Assembly: GCA_048938855.1 (NCBI GenBank)
Contig: JBHLLT010000006.1
Location: 41,986-105,985, forward strand
Origin: Promethearchaeota archaeon
GTDB taxonomy: Archaea; Asgardarchaeota; Lokiarchaeia; Sigyniarchaeales; SOKP01
DNA length: 64,000 bases
Reading direction: 5' to 3'
Positions within the stretch are counted from its first letter, which is position 1. Each line of letters starts with the position of its first letter. Positions 60,937 to 64,000 of the stretch are shown here, piece by piece. A model generated the notes under the pieces. That model had not been told where the DNA came from. It searched no databases and worked only from the letters and a program-made list of their open reading frames with translations. A program made the translations under genes and the position numbers.

Positions 60937-62295
60937 ATGAGTGAAAAACTTAAAGGATACAGAGGAGAAGGTAAAAAACTTCTTGAAAAAAACAAATTAG
61001 AAATATGGGATATTGTTCAAATTATTACTGAAAAAACGCAATATGAAGGAATCATTTTACCAAGGATTGAACATTCTGACTCAAACTTCATTAATATCAA
61101 ATTGGAGAACAATTATAATATCGGTGTTAAGGTCTCTGAAATTCAGGAAATTAAAAAGATTGGAAAACGAGAGGCGTCTTATAAAATTCCTGAAAAAGAA
61201 TTTCCATATAAGAAAGAACTCCCAAATGTAAAATTACTGGGAACTGGTGGTACTATCGCCTCAAGATTAGATTATACTACTGGAGCAGTGATTCCTTCCT
61301 TCACTCCAGGAGAATTATACAGTGCAGTTCCTGAATTGGCAGAAATATGTAATCTTGAATGTGAAATAGTATTTGAAATCCTTTCTGAAAATATGAAACC
61401 GGAATATTGGCAAAAATTAGCAGAAAAAATTAAAGAAGCAGCAAACTCAGGAATAGATGGAGTAATGATCAGTCATGGTACTGATACAATGTCATTTACC
61501 AGTGCAGCTCTCTCATTCATGCTAAAGGATCTTTCAATACCCGTTGTTATTGTGGGTAGTCAAAGAAGTTCCGATAGACCATCTTCGGATGCCGCTTTAA
61601 ACTTAATGAATGCCGCTGTAGTAGCAAAATCAGATGTGGCGGAAGTTGTTATCTGTATGCTTGGATCTGCTTCTCATGATTATGGATTAATTCATAGAGG
61701 CACATTAGTAAGAAAAATGCATTCTTCTGTTAGAAATACTTTTAGAACAATTAATAGTATCCCACTTGGAATGGTTCAAAATAGAAAAATCAAAATGTTC
61801 ACAAATGAATACAACAAAAAATCAGCAATCGAAACAAAAACTCTTCCAAAATTTGAAGAAAAAATAGCACTTGTCTATTCATATCCTGGAACTAGCAGCG
61901 ATCAAATCAATTTTTTTATCGATAAAGGCTATAAAGGGATTGTAATTGCAGGAACGGGATTAGGACATGTCTCCACAGCTCTTTATAGTTCAATAGAAAG
62001 AGCCATTCAAGAAGGTTTAACCGTTCTTATGACAACCCAAACATTACACGGTTTTGTAGGGATGCATGTGTACTCCACTGGAAGAGAATTATTAAACTTG
62101 GGGGTTATTCCAGGAAAGAATCTATTACCAGAAGTTGCCTATGTAAAACTTGGATGGGTGTTAGGTCAAACATCTAATCCTAAAGAAATCAAAACCTTAC
62201 TCTTAGAAAATATTGCAGGTGAGTTTTTGGAACGTGAACTCCCTATAGCATTTAATTATAACATTGATGATCTATTAAAAACCGGTAAACTTTAA
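60937..62295 (+). CDS. gatD: Glu-tRNA(Gln) amidotransferase subunit D
   Basis: GTGGTIASRLDY.TG, HGTDTM, GSQRSSDRPSSD. Confidence 0.97.
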   Translation: MSEKLKGYRGEGKKLLEKNKLEIWDIVQIITEKTQYEGIILPRIEHSDSNFINIKLENNYNIGVKVSEIQEIKKIGKREASYKIPEKEFPYKKELPNVKLLGTGGTIASRLDYTTGAVIPSFTPGELYSAVPELAEICNLECEIVFEILSENMKPEYWQKLAEKIKEAANSGIDGVMISHGTDTMSFTSAALSFMLKDLSIPVVIVGSQRSSDRPSSDAALNLMNAAVVAKSDVAEVVICMLGSASHDYGLIHRGTLVRKMHSSVRNTFRTINSIPLGMVQNRKIKMFTNEYNKKSAIETKTLPKFEEKIALVYSYPGTSSDQINFFIDKGYKGIVIAGTGLGHVSTALYSSIERAIQEGLTVLMTTQTLHGFVGMHVYSTGRELLNLGVIPGKNLLPEVAYVKLGWVLGQTSNPKEIKTLLLENIAGEFLERELPIAFNYNIDDLLKTGKL

Positions 62296-62425
62296 GCTTC
62301 TAAAACTGTATCATAGATAAATTAGACCCTTGTATTTTCAATATTTTATTAATTAACCACGAAAATGAAAAAAAATTTATAGTTTGTATAATTTAAGTTT
62401 ATATCCATAGAATATCGTGAAGTAA

Positions 62426-63157
62426 ATGGGAAAACGAATTTTAGCTCAAAGAAAAGGTAGAGGCGTCCTTGGGTTTAGATCCCCAAGTCACAGACATATA
62501 GGTGCTGTCAAATATCGCCCTTTCAAAAAAAATGAGAAATTATTCAAATTTAAAGTCTTAGATCTTAATCATTCTCCTGGAAGAGGCGCCCCAGTTGCCA
62601 CTATACAATATGAAGATACAAAAGAAAAGGGTCTATGGCTACCTCCAGAAGGAGTGTACGTTGGACAAGAATTTATACAATCTAAAACTGGCTATGGTCA
62701 AGTCATCGAGGTTGGGAATGTTTTACCTCTAAGAAAAATGCCATTAGGTACCTTAGTTTATAATATCGAGTCAACTCCGCAAGATGGGGGAAAATTTGCA
62801 AGAGCATCTGGAGTTGCAGCTATTGTAAGAAACAGATCTGGCAATAAAGTAGAAGTTCTCTTTCGATCAAAAAAAACCAAATGGATTCATGGAAATTGCC
62901 TAGCAACTGTTGGTGTAGTTGCTGGAGGAGGTCGTACAGATAAACCATTTCTTAAAGCTGGAAATAAATTTCATTATATAAAATCAAAAGCAAAGAAATG
63001 GCCCGTAGTTCGAGGAGTGGCTATGGTTGCTGCTTCACATCCGTATGGAGGTGGTGCAAAGCAGTCTCCTCACAAATCTACCACAACGAGTAGAAATCGC
63101 CCTCCAGGTAGAAAAGTTGGGCAAATAGCAGCAAGAAGGACTGGCCATCAGAATTAA
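62426..63157 (+). CDS. rpl2: 50S ribosomal protein uL2
   Basis: MGKRILAQRKG, HSPGRGAP, WPVVRGVAM...HPYGGG, GRKVGQIAARRTG. Confidence 0.98.
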   Translation: MGKRILAQRKGRGVLGFRSPSHRHIGAVKYRPFKKNEKLFKFKVLDLNHSPGRGAPVATIQYEDTKEKGLWLPPEGVYVGQEFIQSKTGYGQVIEVGNVLPLRKMPLGTLVYNIESTPQDGGKFARASGVAAIVRNRSGNKVEVLFRSKKTKWIHGNCLATVGVVAGGGRTDKPFLKAGNKFHYIKSKAKKWPVVRGVAMVAASHPYGGGAKQSPHKSTTTSRNRPPGRKVGQIAARRTGHQN

Positions 63158-63300
63158 TTTATCACTTCTTTTAAAAATTAATGGTTAAAACTATAGAGTT
63201 TTAATGTTCAAAAGATTTATATAATTCATTTTTTCTATATATTTAGATATATTTAAATATCAAAATTAGAAAAAATATATTTCTCAATATAAAAATACCA

Positions 63301-63834
63301 TTGAAGATTAAAATCTCTGGCGGATCTCTATGGATGGGGGCGAGCTCCCTTTTTGAATTAGAATTTGAGTTAAAAGGATCAGGTACAAATCAAGATCCCT
63401 TTATAATTACTAATAAAAAACAGGAATATGATAACGATCTTGAGTATGACATCTCTGATTCTAATTCTTATATTAAATTTGAGAACATAATTTTTAAATC
63501 TATAATTTTAACTCGTTGTGAAAATATAATAATTTTAGATTCTGAATTAACAAATTTGAATTTAAATCGTTGTTCTAAAGTGCTAGTCCAAAATGTAGAA
63601 GTCAAGAAAAGATTAAATATATTTAAATCTCATATAATTAAATTTGCAGATTGTAATATCCATAAATTGGTAGGATTTTCAGGTGATCAAATCCTATTCT
63701 CTAATTGCAGCATCCGCAGAATTTCAAAAAAAACAGAAGCTTCTGTTCTCGTCGAGCATTCAATACCTAATAAAATTAAAAGAAAATACCCAAAAAATAT
63801 TCATGGCAAAGATTTTTCAATCGAAAAATTGTGA
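63301..63834 (+). CDS. Hypothetical protein with beta-solenoid-like repeats
   Basis: GSGTNQDPFII motif followed by about 21-aa repeats (CENIII.DS, CSKVLV.N, IKFADC). Confidence 0.6.
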   Translation: MKIKISGGSLWMGASSLFELEFELKGSGTNQDPFIITNKKQEYDNDLEYDISDSNSYIKFENIIFKSIILTRCENIIILDSELTNLNLNRCSKVLVQNVEVKKRLNIFKSHIIKFADCNIHKLVGFSGDQILFSNCSIRRISKKTEASVLVEHSIPNKIKRKYPKNIHGKDFSIEKL

Positions 63835-63875
63835 TACAAATTTAAATAAAATTATAAAATAAAGGGTAAAATTAA

Positions 63876-64000
63876 GTGGTTTCAACCTCAAGACCAACAT
63901 GTAGAAAATGTGGAGCGAAAATTTTTAGATCTCGTGGAAACTTTAGATGGTCGGTGGGGAATTTACCTTTACATTGCTGGAGATGTGGGGAGAGTATAAG
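63876..64000 (+). CDS. Zinc-ribbon protein (partial; runs off window end)
   Basis: GTG start: VSTSRPTCRKCGAKIF...LHCWRCGESI. Confidence 0.6.
   Translation, partial: MVSTSRPTCRKCGAKIFRSRGNFRWSVGNLPLHCWRCGESI

Overview
This AT-rich archaeal window is almost certainly from an Asgard archaeon of the Lokiarchaeia type. That call is inferred from roadblock/longin-small GTPase fusions, BAR-like and LITAF-like proteins, Elf1, PolD, GatDE and CarS. Most of it is core information-processing and housekeeping genes: cbf5, thiL, PolD DP2/DP1, cdc6, carS, archease-rtcB, pelota, MAT, rnhB-fibrillarin-nop5, pyrD/K, elp3, gatED, rpl2. Three tRNA genes carry five 28-30 nt introns, all at non-canonical positions; tRNA-Leu(GAG) has three. 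The top finding is that the RNase HII gene is split inside its catalytic DEAGR|G motif by a 30-nt, stop-containing insertion (46151-46180). This insertion has bulge-helix-bulge geometry and resembles the local tRNA introns, so it is a candidate endonuclease-spliced mRNA intron. Other highlights are an unannotated 50-aa WH2-like micro-protein, a BAR-like gene next to a polyproline/VASP-like gene, and an 8-gene uncharacterised operon with a classic AAA ATPase, a catalytically degenerate SMC-like protein and a MAGE/KITE-like protein. There are also tandem AN1-zinc-finger membrane (pseudo)proteases and several genes that appear to start at ATT or CTG. All family calls come from motif recognition by eye; no searches were run.
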